DNA of 64,000 nucleotides from Vulcanimicrobiota bacterium (GTDB lineage Bacteria; Vulcanimicrobiota; Vulcanimicrobiia; Vulcanimicrobiales; Vulcanimicrobiaceae): NCBI GenBank assembly GCA_963695225.1, contig OY968762.1, positions 1,024,001 to 1,088,000 of the forward strand, read 5' to 3'. Shown piece by piece: positions 1 to 10,556 of this stretch (position 1 is its first letter; each line of letters starts with the position of its first letter). The notes under the pieces were generated by a model. It saw only the letters and a program-made list of their open reading frames with translations, ran no database searches and was not told where the DNA came from. The position numbers and the translations under genes were made by a program.

Positions 1-1162
1 TCGATTCCGGCGCCGGCACGATTCCCTCGCAACGCGCGAACTGCACGCCCGCGGCGAAGCATTCCAGCTGGTTGTACGCGCGCGCTTCGATGAGTCCCAG
101 TTCCTTCACGTGGCTCACGAGCGGCGACATGCCGTGATAGCGCAGGCCGCCCGCGTGGAAGCCCGGCGGCATGAAGCTCGCGCCGAGCGTGTACATCTTG
201 ACCATCGGCGTCAAGTGCGCGGTGTCGCCGAAATCGTATGCGTAGGTTCCCTTCGTCAGCGTCGGGCACGCGCTCGGTTCGACGGCGACGATGCGCGCCT
301 TCGATCTTCCGGCGATCTTCTCGCGCACGTACGGGAACGCGATGCCGGCGAAATTGCTGCCGCCGCCCGCGCAGCCGATGACGACGTCGGGCTCGGCCTG
401 CGCGTCGTCGAGTTGGAGCATCGCTTCTTCACCGATGATCGTCTGGTGCAGCAGCACGTGATTGAGAACGGAGCCGAGCGAATACTTCGTGTCCTCGCGC
501 TGCGCCGCGACTTCTACGGCTTCGGAGATCGCGATGCCGAGCGAGCCCGTGGAATCCGGGAAGCGCTCGAGGATCGCGCGCCCCGATGCGGTCTCCGTAG
601 ACGGACTCGCGACGCAACGCGCGCCGTACGTTTCCATCAACGCGCGCCGGTACGGCTTCTGCTCGTAGCTGACTTTCACCATGAAGACTTCGACGGAGAG
701 CCCGAACAGTTGACCGGCGAACGCGAGCGACGAACCCCACTGCCCCGCGCCCGTCTCCGTCGTCAAGCGCTTGACGCCGGCTTCCTTGTTGTAGAACGCC
801 TGCGGGACGGCGGTGTTCGGCTTGTGACTCCCCGACGGGCTTACCCCTTCGTACTTGAAGAAGATCTTCGCCGGCGTATCGAGCGCCTTTTCGAGGCGCC
901 GAGCTCGAACGAGCGGCGAAGGGCGCCAGAGACGATAGACTTCGCGCACGGGTTCGGGAATCTCGATCCACCGCTCGGCCGAGACTTCCTGAGCGATGAT
1001 CGCCATCGGGAAAATCGGGGCGAGATCCTCGGGCCCGATCGGCCCGCCGGTCCCCGGATGCAACACCGGCGGGGGCGGCACGGGCAAGTCGGCGACCAGG
1101 TTGTACCACGCCTTCGGAATGCGGTCTTCGCTCAGCAAGTATTTAACCGATTCGTCGCTCAT
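1..1162 (-). CDS. trpB: TrpB-like PLP-dependent enzyme (tryptophan synthase beta, TrpB2 type); C-terminus runs off the window
   Basis: Translated by hand (absent from the ORF track): [22 protein letters not shown]...[14 protein letters not shown] (Schiff-base Lys)...ETGAGQWG...[11 protein letters not shown]. The N-terminus is TrpB2-style. Confidence 0.93.
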   Translation of the reverse strand, partial: MSDESVKYLLSEDRIPKAWYNLVADLPVPPPPVLHPGTGGPIGPEDLAPIFPMAIIAQEVSAERWIEIPEPVREVYRLWRPSPLVRARRLEKALDTPAKIFFKYEGVSPSGSHKPNTAVPQAFYNKEAGVKRLTTETGAGQWGSSLAFAGQLFGLSVEVFMVKVSYEQKPYRRALMETYGARCVASPSTETASGRAILERFPDSTGSLGIAISEAVEVAAQREDTKYSLGSVLNHVLLHQTIIGEEAMLQLDDAQAEPDVVIGCAGGGSNFAGIAFPYVREKIAGRSKARIVAVEPSACPTLTKGTYAYDFGDTAHLTPMVKMYTLGASFMPPGFHAGGLRYHGMSPLVSHVKELGLIEARAYNQLECFAAGVQFARCEGIVPAPES

Positions 1163-1266
1163 GTGCCCTCGTTCGCTTTCTGGTGGGTATCCGGAAGTGG
1201 CCGGTCGTCGAAACGCCCTACCTTCGGAAGCAAGTTTTGCGCCGTGGGCCCGGCCTCCCGTCGGAG

Positions 1267-2376
1267 CTAGACGGGATCCGCCGCAAGATCGACGCCCCAA
1301 GCCCGGACGAGCTCGCGGCCGTCGTCGCGGCTCGAGCGGGCCGCGACGGCGCTGCGGCTGAAGCGCGGCGCGGCCCCCGGCTGGAGGAACCCGTCGAGTT
1401 CGACGAACGTGCCTCGCGCGCGGTTCTGCGGATGGTGCGGCGCCTCCGTGAGGCTGAGCACGGGGGCGAAACAGGCGTCGGTCCCTTCGAGGATCGCGCA
1501 CCACTCGTCGCGGGTCTTCGAGGCGAACGTGCGCTCGAACGCGGCCCGCAGACGCGGCCACTCAGCCGGCGGGACGGGTTGCCGGAACGGCTCCTCGATG
1601 CCGCACTTTTCGAGCAGCACGCGAAAGAACTGGGGTTCGATCGGCCCGATCGAGATCCACTTTCCGTCGCTCGTCTGGTAGACGTTGTAGTAAGGATGGC
1701 CGCCGTCCATCAAGTTCACGCCGCGGCGGTCTTCCCAGAGTCCGCTGTTGAGGAAGGAGTACGTCATCGCCATCAGCAGCGAGGCGCCGTCGACCATCGC
1801 GGCATCCACGACTTGCCCCCGGCCGGAACGGCGCGCTTCGAGTACGCCGCAGACGATGCCGAACGCGAACATCATCCCCCCGCCGCCGAGATCGGCGACG
1901 AGGTTGAGCGGGATTGCAGGCCGCTCCGCGGTGCCGATCGCGTGCAGCGCGCCGGAGAGCGCCGTGAAGTTGATATCGTGGCCGGCGGCGTTCGCGAGCG
2001 GGCCTTCGCGGCCCCAGCCCGTCATGCGCCCGTAGACCAGGCGCGGATTTCGTGCGAGGCAGACGTCGGGCCCGAGGCCCAAGCGCTCCATGACGCCGGG
2101 GCGGAAGCCTTCGACGAGGGCGTCGGCGCGCTCGAGGATCGCGAGAGCCCCGGTGCGCCCCGCCTCGCTCTTGAGGTCGAGGATCAGCCTGTGCCGCCCG
2201 CGCAGCAAAATGTCGTGCTCCATGCCGAGCACGTCCGGGCCGGCGTCGCGCTGGATGCGCACGACATCCGCGCCCATGTCGGCGAGCATCATCGCGCAAA
2301 ACGGCGCCGGCCCTAGCCCCGCGAACTCGACGACGCGCAAGCCTGCGAGGGGTCCCCCCGATCGTGAATCGTCCAC
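1267..2376 (-). CDS. CaiB/BaiF family CoA-transferase / alpha-methylacyl-CoA racemase
   Basis: [39 protein letters not shown] and [10 protein letters not shown] match the MCR/AMACR-type family III motifs. Confidence 0.9.
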   Translation of the reverse strand: MDDSRSGGPLAGLRVVEFAGLGPAPFCAMMLADMGADVVRIQRDAGPDVLGMEHDILLRGRHRLILDLKSEAGRTGALAILERADALVEGFRPGVMERLGLGPDVCLARNPRLVYGRMTGWGREGPLANAAGHDINFTALSGALHAIGTAERPAIPLNLVADLGGGGMMFAFGIVCGVLEARRSGRGQVVDAAMVDGASLLMAMTYSFLNSGLWEDRRGVNLMDGGHPYYNVYQTSDGKWISIGPIEPQFFRVLLEKCGIEEPFRQPVPPAEWPRLRAAFERTFASKTRDEWCAILEGTDACFAPVLSLTEAPHHPQNRARGTFVELDGFLQPGAAPRFSRSAVAARSSRDDGRELVRAWGVDLAADPV

Positions 2377-2502
2377 GGCCTGGTGCTTCGGCGCGGCGCA
2401 GGTCGATCCGCCCGGCAGGGTCGGCGCGCCTGGGTAGGACGATTACAGGACGTGCTACGTTCTATAGTCCACAGTGAGGATTGCTGGGAAAGTAGGGTTG
2501 CG

Positions 2503-2844
2503 ATGCCTCCTTCCGAGAAGACGGCGAACCCCATCCCGAATCTCACTTGGTTGCGCGGCGAGGTTCTGGCGATTCTGTTCCTGGACAAGGAGCGCGTCTA
2601 CGCGGCGACCATCGACGACGGCCGGACGACGCACCTCGTCACGCTCGGCAATCCGCGCACGGGAGAGCGCGACGCGCTCTCCGCCGACGATCCGAGGTAC
2701 GCCGTCGTCGAGCAGGCCTTCGTCGCGGAGCAGAGCGTCGAATTGGGCGTCCGTGACTTCGGATTCGATCCGGTGACGGGAATGCGCCGGTTCGTCATCG
2801 ATCGGGCCTGCATCATCTCGCGCAAGGAGCGCGCGGTTTCGTAG
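2503..2844 (+). CDS. Hypothetical protein (113 aa)
   Basis: ATG at 2503 follows an AGGG purine tract. Composition is protein-like and the ORF ends 25 nt before the co-oriented GH13 gene. Confidence 0.6.
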   Translation: MPPSEKTANPIPNLTWLRGEVLAILFLDKERVYAATIDDGRTTHLVTLGNPRTGERDALSADDPRYAVVEQAFVAEQSVELGVRDFGFDPVTGMRRFVIDRACIISRKERAVS

Positions 2845-2869
2845 CGCAATCGCCGCCTCGGAGGTCCCC

Positions 2870-4627
2870 GTGCCCGATTCGGCATTTTCCGCTGAGGCCG
2901 CGCGCGTCATCGACGCGGCAACGGCTGCGAAGCTTACCCCGTCGCCGCCAGATTGGCGCGACGGGTGGATCTACTTCCTGATGCTGGACCGCTTCAACAA
3001 CACCGACCGCGCGATCTCCCACGAGCCGTTCGACGATCCGGGATACGCCGATTTCCAGGGCGGCACGTTCGCGGGCGTCCAGGCGCAGTTGCCGTACCTC
3101 AAGGAGCTCGGTGCCGGCGCGATTTGGTTGAGCCCCGTGCTCAAGAACCTGCCGTTCGAGCGGAGCTACCACGGCTACGGCATCCACGATTTTCTCGCCG
3201 CGGAACCGCGCTTCGCCCGCGATCCCCTGCGCGCCGACGACGAATTGCGCGCGCTGGTCGATGCGGCGCACGCGCTCGGTTTGTACGTAATCTTCGACGT
3301 CGTCCTCAATCACGCGGGTGACGCCTTCGCCTACGCGGCGGGCGTGCCTGACGGCTTCTCGCCGCTGCCGCAGCCGGTGTGGTGGCGAGACGCGAGCGGC
3401 GCCGCGCTCCCCTCGTTCGCCGAGGTCGAGAACGTCCCGAACCCGAGCCGGGCCGCGTTCGTGTGGCCGCGCGAACTCCAGAAGAACGCGTTCTTCCGGC
3501 GGCAGGGGCAGATGCAAGGCGAGGACACCTTCGGCGATTTCTCGTCGCTCAAGCAAATGCGCACGGAAGACCCGGCGCTCCAACACGTTCTGATCCGCGC
3601 CTATCACTACGTCATGTCGCGCTTCGACGTCGACGGGTTTCGAATCGACACGCTGCGCTATCTCAAGGGCGATCTGCCGCGTCTATTCGGCAATTCGATG
3701 CGCGAGTTCGCGCTCGCTGCGGGCAAAGAGAACTTCTTCACCTTCGGCGAGGTCTTCGACCGCCAGTCCGAGGACGACATAGCCCGCTTCATCGGCCGCA
3801 CGACGAGCGATGCGAGCGATCTCGTCGGGGTCGACGCCGCGCTCGATTATCCGCTGTTCGAGGCGTTGAAGCCGGTCGTGAAGGGATTCGCTCCGCCGTC
3901 CGTCGTCGCCGACATGTACCACCGGCGCAAAGGCGTCGAAGCGAACGTCCTCAGCTCGCACGGCGATGCAACGCGCTTCTTCGTCACGTTCCTGGACAAT
4001 CATGACGTGAAGGAGCGGCTGCGCTATGTCGATCCCGCCGATCCCGGCCGTTTCGACGATCAGGTCACGCTCGGCTTGGCATGTCTCCTGAGCCTCCCGG
4101 GGATTCCGTGTATCTATTACGGGACCGAGCAGGGTCTGCACGGCCACGGCAGCGACGAAGCCGTGCGCGAAGCGCTCTGGGGCGGACCGGGCTTCGATCG
4201 CGCGCACCCGTTCTACCGGGAGCTCGCGAAGCTGTCGCGGTTGCGGGCCGCGCGTCCCGCGTTAAGGTACGGCCGGTTCTACTTCCGCCCGATCTCCGGC
4301 GACGGAGAGACGTTCGGCATCTCGGCGTTTCCCCAGGGCGTCCTCGCGTTCTCGCGCATCCTCGACGACGAAGAGCTCGTCATCGTCGCGAACACGAGCC
4401 CGCGGCAGCCCGCGACGGTCCACGTCATCGTCGACGGCACGCTCCACGCCGACGGTGCCGCATTCGCGGCCGTCTACCGCAACAAGCCGGGCGATGCGCC
4501 GCAGGCCGTCGCCCGCAGCGCAGCCCAAGTCACCGTCCACGAAGTCGACGGCAGCCTCGGCACGGGCCCCGTCCTCGCGGTCCCCGTGACGCTCGAGCCG
4601 CTCGAAATCCAAATCCTCGCGCGCTGA
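2870..4627 (+). CDS. GH13 alpha-amylase family glycosidase
   Basis: IYFLMLDRF, YHGY, DVVLNH, DGFRID (nucleophile), FGEVFD (acid/base), FLDNHD, GIPCIYYGTEQG. GGAGG RBS; no signal peptide. Confidence 0.92.
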   Translation: MPDSAFSAEAARVIDAATAAKLTPSPPDWRDGWIYFLMLDRFNNTDRAISHEPFDDPGYADFQGGTFAGVQAQLPYLKELGAGAIWLSPVLKNLPFERSYHGYGIHDFLAAEPRFARDPLRADDELRALVDAAHALGLYVIFDVVLNHAGDAFAYAAGVPDGFSPLPQPVWWRDASGAALPSFAEVENVPNPSRAAFVWPRELQKNAFFRRQGQMQGEDTFGDFSSLKQMRTEDPALQHVLIRAYHYVMSRFDVDGFRIDTLRYLKGDLPRLFGNSMREFALAAGKENFFTFGEVFDRQSEDDIARFIGRTTSDASDLVGVDAALDYPLFEALKPVVKGFAPPSVVADMYHRRKGVEANVLSSHGDATRFFVTFLDNHDVKERLRYVDPADPGRFDDQVTLGLACLLSLPGIPCIYYGTEQGLHGHGSDEAVREALWGGPGFDRAHPFYRELAKLSRLRAARPALRYGRFYFRPISGDGETFGISAFPQGVLAFSRILDDEELVIVANTSPRQPATVHVIVDGTLHADGAAFAAVYRNKPGDAPQAVARSAAQVTVHEVDGSLGTGPVLAVPVTLEPLEIQILAR

Positions 4628-4653
4628 CGCGCCTAGGCGCGCGCAACGGCGGG

Positions 4654-5934
4654 TCAGGGACGGATCTGGCCGTTGCCTCGCACGACGTATTTGTAGCTCG
4701 TGAGCTGTTCGGCGCCGACCGGGCCGCGAGGCGGCAGGCGGCCGGTCGAGATTCCGATCTCGGCGCCCATGCCGAACTCGCCGCCGTCGGCGAATTGAGT
4801 CGAGGCGTTCTGCAGCACGATCGCGCTTTCGACTTCGGCGAGGAATCGCGCGGCGGCATCCTCGTTTTCCGTCACGATCGCGTCCGTGTGGTGCGAGCCG
4901 TACCGGTTGACGTGCGCGATCGCTTCCTCGAGGCCGGCTACGACGCGAACCGAGAGGATCGCGTCTTGATACTCCGTCGCCCAATCCGCCTCGGTCGCCG
5001 CGAGCGCCTGCGGATCCAGCGCTTGCGTCTCGGCGTCTCCGCGAATCTCGCACTCGGCGGCGTGCAAATCGGCGAGGATCGGCGGGAGATACGCCGCCGC
5101 GATCGCGCGATCGACCAGCAGCGTTTCCGTCGCACCGCAGACGCCCGTGCGGCGCATCTTCGCGTTCACGACGATGCGCCGGGCCTTCGTGAGATCGGCG
5201 CCGCGCTCGACGTAGGTGTGGCAGAGCCCTTCGAGATGGGCGATGACCGGGATGCGGCTCTCGCGCTGGACGCGCTCGATCAGCGAGCGGCCGCCGCGCG
5301 GAACGATCACGTCGATGAGATCGGCCATCGCGAGCATCATCCCGACGGCGGCGCGATCCCGCGTCGGTACGAGTCGGATCGCGCTCTCCGGGAGGCCGGC
5401 GGCGGCGAGACCGCGGTGCAGGCAGGCTTCGATCGCGCGCGACGAGCGGAAGCTCTCGGAGCCCGCACGCAGGATCGCCGCGTTCCCCGCACGCAGGCAA
5501 AGGCCGCCCGCGTCCGCAGTCACGTTCGGCCGCGATTCGTAGATGATGCCTATGACGCCGATCGGGATGCGCACGCGCGCGATGTCGAGGCCGTTCGGCC
5601 GCGTCCAGCGGGCGAGTTCCGTCCCGACGGGATCGGGGAGCGCAGCGACCGTTTCGAGCCCTTCGGCCATTCCCTCGATACGGTCGGGGTTGAGCCGCAG
5701 ACGGTCGAGCATCGCCGCCGAAAGCCCGGTCCGTTCCGCATCGGCGAGATCTTCGGCGTTCGCGGCGAGGAGTTCGGCTCCGGCGGCGCGCACTTCGGCC
5801 GCGGCCCGCCGCAACGCGGTGCTCTTGCGCTCCGCTTCGGCGCGGGCCAGCACCGCCGCCGCCTGCCGCGCCGCGAGCGCGAGCGCTCGCATATCGGCCG
5901 CGAGCTGCGCGGTCGCCATCTCGAGCGTCGTCAT
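4654..5934 (-). CDS. proA: Glutamate-5-semialdehyde dehydrogenase
   Basis: [45 protein letters not shown]. Overlaps proB by 4 nt. Confidence 0.97.
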   Translation of the reverse strand: MTTLEMATAQLAADMRALALAARQAAAVLARAEAERKSTALRRAAAEVRAAGAELLAANAEDLADAERTGLSAAMLDRLRLNPDRIEGMAEGLETVAALPDPVGTELARWTRPNGLDIARVRIPIGVIGIIYESRPNVTADAGGLCLRAGNAAILRAGSESFRSSRAIEACLHRGLAAAGLPESAIRLVPTRDRAAVGMMLAMADLIDVIVPRGGRSLIERVQRESRIPVIAHLEGLCHTYVERGADLTKARRIVVNAKMRRTGVCGATETLLVDRAIAAAYLPPILADLHAAECEIRGDAETQALDPQALAATEADWATEYQDAILSVRVVAGLEEAIAHVNRYGSHHTDAIVTENEDAAARFLAEVESAIVLQNASTQFADGGEFGMGAEIGISTGRLPPRGPVGAEQLTSYKYVVRGNGQIRP

Positions 5935-7109
5935 AGCCGCCTCCCGTTGACCACCAGGTCGTCGCGATGGATCATCTCGTGCCGCCCCCGGTACCCGAGG
6001 ATCGCCTCGATCTCGGCGCTCTTATGCCCGGCTATCGCCTGCGCCTCGGCGCTGGAGTAGGCGGAGAGGCCGCGCGCCAACTCGCGCCCGTCGCGAGCGC
6101 GGACGATGACCGCGTCGCCCCGCTCGAAACGCTCGTCGACGGCGACGACGCCCGCGGGCAACAGGCTCGCTCCGCGGGCGAGCGCGGCGGCGGCGCCGTC
6201 GTCGACGGTCAGCACGCCGGTCACGTTGACGGTCCCGGCAATCCAGCGCTTGCGTGCCGTGAGCGGCTCGGAATCGGGCAGGAACCAGGTGGCGCGCGCA
6301 CCCGACTCGAGCGCGGCGAGCGGGTGCAACTGCCCCTTCCCCCGGGCGATCACCATGCGGCAGCCCGCAGCCATCGCGATGCGCGCCGCCGCGAGCTTCG
6401 TCACCATCCCGCCGGAACTGTAGCCGGGCGGGGCCTGCCCCGCCATCTCTTCCGTCTCGCGCGTGATCGCCCGGACCACGGGAATGTGCCGCGCCGCCGG
6501 ATCGCGTCGCGGATCCGCGGTGTAAAGGCCGTCGATATCGGAGAGGAGCACCAGCGTATCGGCGCTGATCATCTGCGCGACCCGCGCGGCCAGGCGATCG
6601 TTGTCGCCGAAGCGGATCTCGGCCGTCGCGACCGTGTCGTTCTCGTTCACCACCGGGACCGCCCCGAGCGCGAGCAGTTCCTCCAGCGTGGCGCGCGCGT
6701 TCAAGTGGCGCTGCCGCTCCTCCGTATCGTCCGTCGTGAGCAGGATCTGGGCGACGGAGATGCCGTGCCGGCCGAGTTCTTCGAGATAGGCGTGCGCCAG
6801 ACGGATCTGCCCGGTCGCGGCGGCCGCCTGCTTCTCCTCGAGTTTGAGCGGGCGCCCGGTGAGGCCGAGGTGACGGCGCCCGACGGCGATCGCGCCGGAG
6901 GAGACGATCACGACCTCCTGGCCGCGAGCCCGGCAGTGCGCGATATCTTCGACGAGCGCGGCGAGCCAGTCGCGGCGGATGTCCCCCCGCGCTTCGTCGA
7001 CCAGCAGCGCGGAACCGATCTTGACGATGAGCCGCCGGGCGGCGGCCAGGCCTTCGCCCGCGGCGATCGCCGCCGGCGAAGCGCCGGACGGCGCGGTATC
7101 GAAATTCAT
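5931..7109 (-). CDS. proB: Glutamate 5-kinase with C-terminal PUA domain
   Basis: [42 protein letters not shown]. Confidence 0.97.
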   Translation of the reverse strand: MNFDTAPSGASPAAIAAGEGLAAARRLIVKIGSALLVDEARGDIRRDWLAALVEDIAHCRARGQEVVIVSSGAIAVGRRHLGLTGRPLKLEEKQAAAATGQIRLAHAYLEELGRHGISVAQILLTTDDTEERQRHLNARATLEELLALGAVPVVNENDTVATAEIRFGDNDRLAARVAQMISADTLVLLSDIDGLYTADPRRDPAARHIPVVRAITRETEEMAGQAPPGYSSGGMVTKLAAARIAMAAGCRMVIARGKGQLHPLAALESGARATWFLPDSEPLTARKRWIAGTVNVTGVLTVDDGAAAALARGASLLPAGVVAVDERFERGDAVIVRARDGRELARGLSAYSSAEAQAIAGHKSAEIEAILGYRGRHEMIHRDDLVVNGRRL

Positions 7110-7160
7110 TACGCTCGACCGCGTACGGTGCCGCGCGCGGCCGCCCCTTCCGGTTCGAAT

Positions 7161-7640
7161 CTAAGCGCGCGGCGCCGCTTTGAACATTTCGAGGATGTAG
7201 TAGAGCGAGACGACGACGTTCGCCCCCAATGCAACGAGCATCAGCGGGAGAAAAAGCGGGTCGAGCTCCGAGCGCTGCGCGCTCGCTACGATCCCCCACT
7301 CCAAGGCGAGCCCCGTGAGCATAGCCGCGAGCTTCATGGCGCCGAGCATCTCGCGCTGGATGGAGTAAAGGCGCTCCCGGTTCGATTCCGTCACGGCAAC
7401 CGGAAAGTTCGTGGAGCGGGGCGGGACGAGCTGCATGGCGCCGAGGAACAGGAACATGAACCCGTCGAACAGCGCGCCCGCCCAGACGATCCACTTCGGG
7501 CCGCGCGCGTCGGCGGCGCCGGTGATGTTGAAATGCGTCGAGACCGTCTCGGGCAGCGTCGCGTACGCGAGCGCCGCCCAAACGAAGCACGTTAGGGTCA
7601 CGGCAAACGAGAGCGCCTCGAAGGCGCGCCGGTTGTTCAT
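7161..7640 (-). CDS. DUF1648-type (SdpI-like) membrane protein
   Basis: Start refined to ATG 7640. YATLPETVSTHFNITGAADARGPK motif and about 4 hydrophobic segments. Confidence 0.75.
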   Translation of the reverse strand: MNNRRAFEALSFAVTLTCFVWAALAYATLPETVSTHFNITGAADARGPKWIVWAGALFDGFMFLFLGAMQLVPPRSTNFPVAVTESNRERLYSIQREMLGAMKLAAMLTGLALEWGIVASAQRSELDPLFLPLMLVALGANVVVSLYYILEMFKAAPRA

Positions 7641-7719
7641 GCGCCTTCGTACTCCGCAGGATGCCGATTGTTCCTCACCCCGGCCGGATTTGAAAGGCCC
7701 GGTGCGAAACTCTCCGCGC

Positions 7720-8412
7720 GTGAGTGAAGCGACCGCGTCGTTTACCGGCTTTGCATCCTCCGGCCTGGAGCTGCTGCGCGACTTGGCCGAGAACAACGAC
7801 CGCGCGTGGTTTGCCGAGCGCAAGGAACGCTTCGAAAGCGAGCTGTTCGGACCGCTGCGGGCCCTTATCGCAGAACTGAGCGAGGCGATGGCAAGAGCGC
7901 GTTTGCCGCTGCGCGGGGATCCGAAGCGTTCCGCGTTCCGCATCTACCGCGACGTGCGCTTCAGCCCCGACAAGCGCCCGTTCAAGACGAACCTCGGCGC
8001 GTACTTGACCTACGACGGCGCGCGCGAGACGCCCGGCGGCCTGTACGTCCACATCCAACCGAAAGCGTCGTTCGCGGCGGTCGCCTTCCACGACATCGAG
8101 AAACCTCTGCTGCAACGCTGGCGCAGCGCGATGGCGAGCGATCCCCGCTCGTTCCGGCGCGTGCTCGCCGCCCTCGAGCGCAACGGTTGCAAGCTCGACG
8201 GCCCGGAGAAGTGGGGATCGCTCGTGCGCATGCCGCGCGGATTCGAAGCGCAGGCCGAGAGCGATCTCGCAGACTTCTTCCGGCTGCGCTCGTTCGTCGT
8301 GAGCGAAGCGCTCTCCGATTCCGCCGTCCGCTCCGCCGCCCTCGTCGAGCGCCTCGTGAAATTGACGAAAGCCGCACGTCCCCTGCTCGACTACGGCTGG
8401 TCGCTCGTCTAG
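7720..8412 (+). CDS. DUF2461 / TIGR02453 family protein
   Basis: FTGF...DLAENNDRAWFAERK, FRIYRDVRFSPDKRPFKT, GLYVHIQP, LVRMPRGF. GTG start estimated. Confidence 0.88.
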   Translation: MSEATASFTGFASSGLELLRDLAENNDRAWFAERKERFESELFGPLRALIAELSEAMARARLPLRGDPKRSAFRIYRDVRFSPDKRPFKTNLGAYLTYDGARETPGGLYVHIQPKASFAAVAFHDIEKPLLQRWRSAMASDPRSFRRVLAALERNGCKLDGPEKWGSLVRMPRGFEAQAESDLADFFRLRSFVVSEALSDSAVRSAALVERLVKLTKAARPLLDYGWSLV

Positions 8413-8517
8413 CACGCGCCGGCACGGCGGCGCCATGCGTCCGGAACGTTTCCGCCGCGCACGTTCCCGCTACACCGCTGAAAACTCCCGCTCACGGGCG
8501 CGTGCGACGATGCGGCG

Positions 8518-9108
8518 ATGTGCATGCTCACCGAATCCACCGCCGCGCTCGTCGGCGAAGGCGCGCACGCCGATGCCGCGGCGACGATCTCGGACGTCCT
8601 CGCGCGCTTCGGCGTCGCCGCGATCCGCTTCGCGATCGACGCAGGGATCCGCATCGTACCGCTCTTGCCTCTGCAACGCTACAACGACGCCTCCGCATCG
8701 TTACGAAGGCTCGGAGTCGACGTCGACGCGTGGCCCGTCCCGCCCGCCGGGCTCTTCGTCGTCGAAGAACGCTCCATCTACCTGCGCACCGCAAGCCCGA
8801 TGACCGTGGCACACGAGTTCGGCCACGCGCTGGATTGCGCGCTCGGCGGCGGCATCTATCGCTCGAGTTACGATCCGCAGATCCGCCGCGCATTCCAGAC
8901 CGCGCGCGAATACGTGACGCCGTATGCAGCGAGCGGAATCGACGAATACTTCGCCGAGTCCCTGCGAGCCTACGTCGAAGTCAACGACGCGCACTCGCCG
9001 TGGCCGAAGACAACCCGCGCGCGCCTGGCCGCCGTCGATCCCGAGATGTGCGCGATCGTCGACCGCCTTTTCGAGAATGAGTTCGGCGCAGAGCTCCCGC
9101 CCAGGTAA
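8518..9108 (+). CDS. Zinc metallopeptidase, anthrax lethal factor / Pro-Pro endopeptidase (ATLF)-like domain
   Basis: HEFGHALD zinc motif; Y-x6-EYFAE (catalytic Tyr plus third zinc ligand); GLFVVEERSIYL strand resembling the lethal factor catalytic domain. Confidence 0.72.
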   Translation: MCMLTESTAALVGEGAHADAAATISDVLARFGVAAIRFAIDAGIRIVPLLPLQRYNDASASLRRLGVDVDAWPVPPAGLFVVEERSIYLRTASPMTVAHEFGHALDCALGGGIYRSSYDPQIRRAFQTAREYVTPYAASGIDEYFAESLRAYVEVNDAHSPWPKTTRARLAAVDPEMCAIVDRLFENEFGAELPPR

Positions 9109-9148
9109 GGCGCGCACCGGAAAGCGGGTTTGCGCACGAGGCGCGTGA

Positions 9149-10072
9149 ATGCCTAGAGCCGGTGGCATTCTCATGACGCGCTTCTCGGCCAACGTACTTC
9201 TGCTCGTGACGGGGGCGCTCTGGGGCGGCGGATTCGTCGCACAATCGAAAGGGATGGCCTCGATCGGCCCCCTCTCGTTCATCGGTTTGCGCTTCGCCAT
9301 TGCCGCGCTGGCGGTGCTTCCGTTCGCGCTTTGGGAATCGCGACGAGCGCCCGAGCCGCTCGAGCGGCGGAATTGGAGCCCATTTGTCTGGATCGGGCTC
9401 GCGATGTTTGCGGGTTCGGTCGCGCAGCAAATCGGCCTCACGGCGACATCGGTCTCGAATTCCGGCTTCTTGACGTCGCTCTACGTCATCATGGTCCCGC
9501 TGCTCGGCATCGCGTTCTTCCGATCTCCCCCGCATTGGGTCGTGTGGCCGGCGGCGACGGCCGCATTGACCGGCGTCTATCTCTTATCCGGAGGAGCGAC
9601 CGGGGCGCTGAACGCCGGCGATCTCGACACGATCCTGTGCGCAGGCTTCTGGGCGATCCAGATCGTCTTGGTCGGGAAGTACGCATCCCGGACGGGGCGC
9701 CCGTTGACCTTGGCCTTCACGCAATTCGCCGTGACGGGCGCACTCGGGCTGGCGGCGGGGCTTTGCACCGAAAGGATCGACCAGGCGGCGATCTGGGCGG
9801 CGGCTCCGTCGATCCTCTACGCCGGCCTCATCGCGGGGGCTCTCGCCTTTACGCTGCAAATGGTCGCGCAGCGCGCCACCACCTCGTCGAACGCCGCGAT
9901 CATGCTCGCCTCGGAGGCCCCGTTCGCCGCGCTGTTCGGCGCCCTGTTCTTGGGCGAGCGCCTCTCTCCGGTCGCGCTGTGCGGCGGAGCGTTGATCGTC
10001 GCCGCGATGGTCGCGGTCGAACTCGTTCCGCAATGGAACGGGAGGAAACTCGCCCCGGTCGCCGAGCGCTGA
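9149..10072 (+). CDS. EamA/DMT family transporter (about 10 TM)
   Basis: LWGGGFVAQS...RFAIA and SEAPFAALFGALFLGERL; duplicated EamA pattern. The true start may be ATG 9173. Confidence 0.9.
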   Translation: MPRAGGILMTRFSANVLLLVTGALWGGGFVAQSKGMASIGPLSFIGLRFAIAALAVLPFALWESRRAPEPLERRNWSPFVWIGLAMFAGSVAQQIGLTATSVSNSGFLTSLYVIMVPLLGIAFFRSPPHWVVWPAATAALTGVYLLSGGATGALNAGDLDTILCAGFWAIQIVLVGKYASRTGRPLTLAFTQFAVTGALGLAAGLCTERIDQAAIWAAAPSILYAGLIAGALAFTLQMVAQRATTSSNAAIMLASEAPFAALFGALFLGERLSPVALCGGALIVAAMVAVELVPQWNGRKLAPVAER

Positions 10073-10556
10073 GCGCTCGCCCCGGTGTCAGAACTGCGGG
10101 CAGGAGCGCCGGCCGGTTTCGGTTTCGAGGCCGCCCTCCAAACCGAGGGCGCGGACCGCTCTGGGGCCGATCGTGTAGGTCCGCCTGCGACTCGCTTCAA
10201 GCGCGCTGCTTGCTTGACTCGGGTTGTGGGTCATCGAGAGCCTACTCTTTCAAGAAGTGGTGCGTAGGTACGACCGCAGCCCGAGTGTAGCGAGGCTCCG
10301 TCCCACAAACGTCCGACGACCCCGAAGAGCGGTTTATAATTCTGCATCATAATGCAAGCGAAGCGCCGTACGAGTTTCCCAATCAAGCTAATTCCGCGGC
10401 TGCGGTGTAGGCATCATGAACTCGCGCGGTAGGTGCCGCGAAAATAGGCCGCTTTGCTCATGCATGCTCCGCGAAACGTGCCAGGTCATCGCGTTCGATT
10501 CGCGTGAACTCGAAGTGTAGAACGCACTCGGAAGATAGCCAAAAAACGGACGTCTG

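Noticed and set aside
10088..10234. 48-aa minus-strand ORF (MTHNPSQ...CPQF)
   Set aside because: Short, with a weak RBS and no recognisable motif; cannot be supported.
10343..10356. TGCATCATAATGCA dyad sharing 9 nt with the nifH upstream palindrome
   Set aside because: The symmetry centre differs and the match is short, so there is not enough evidence for a shared regulon.
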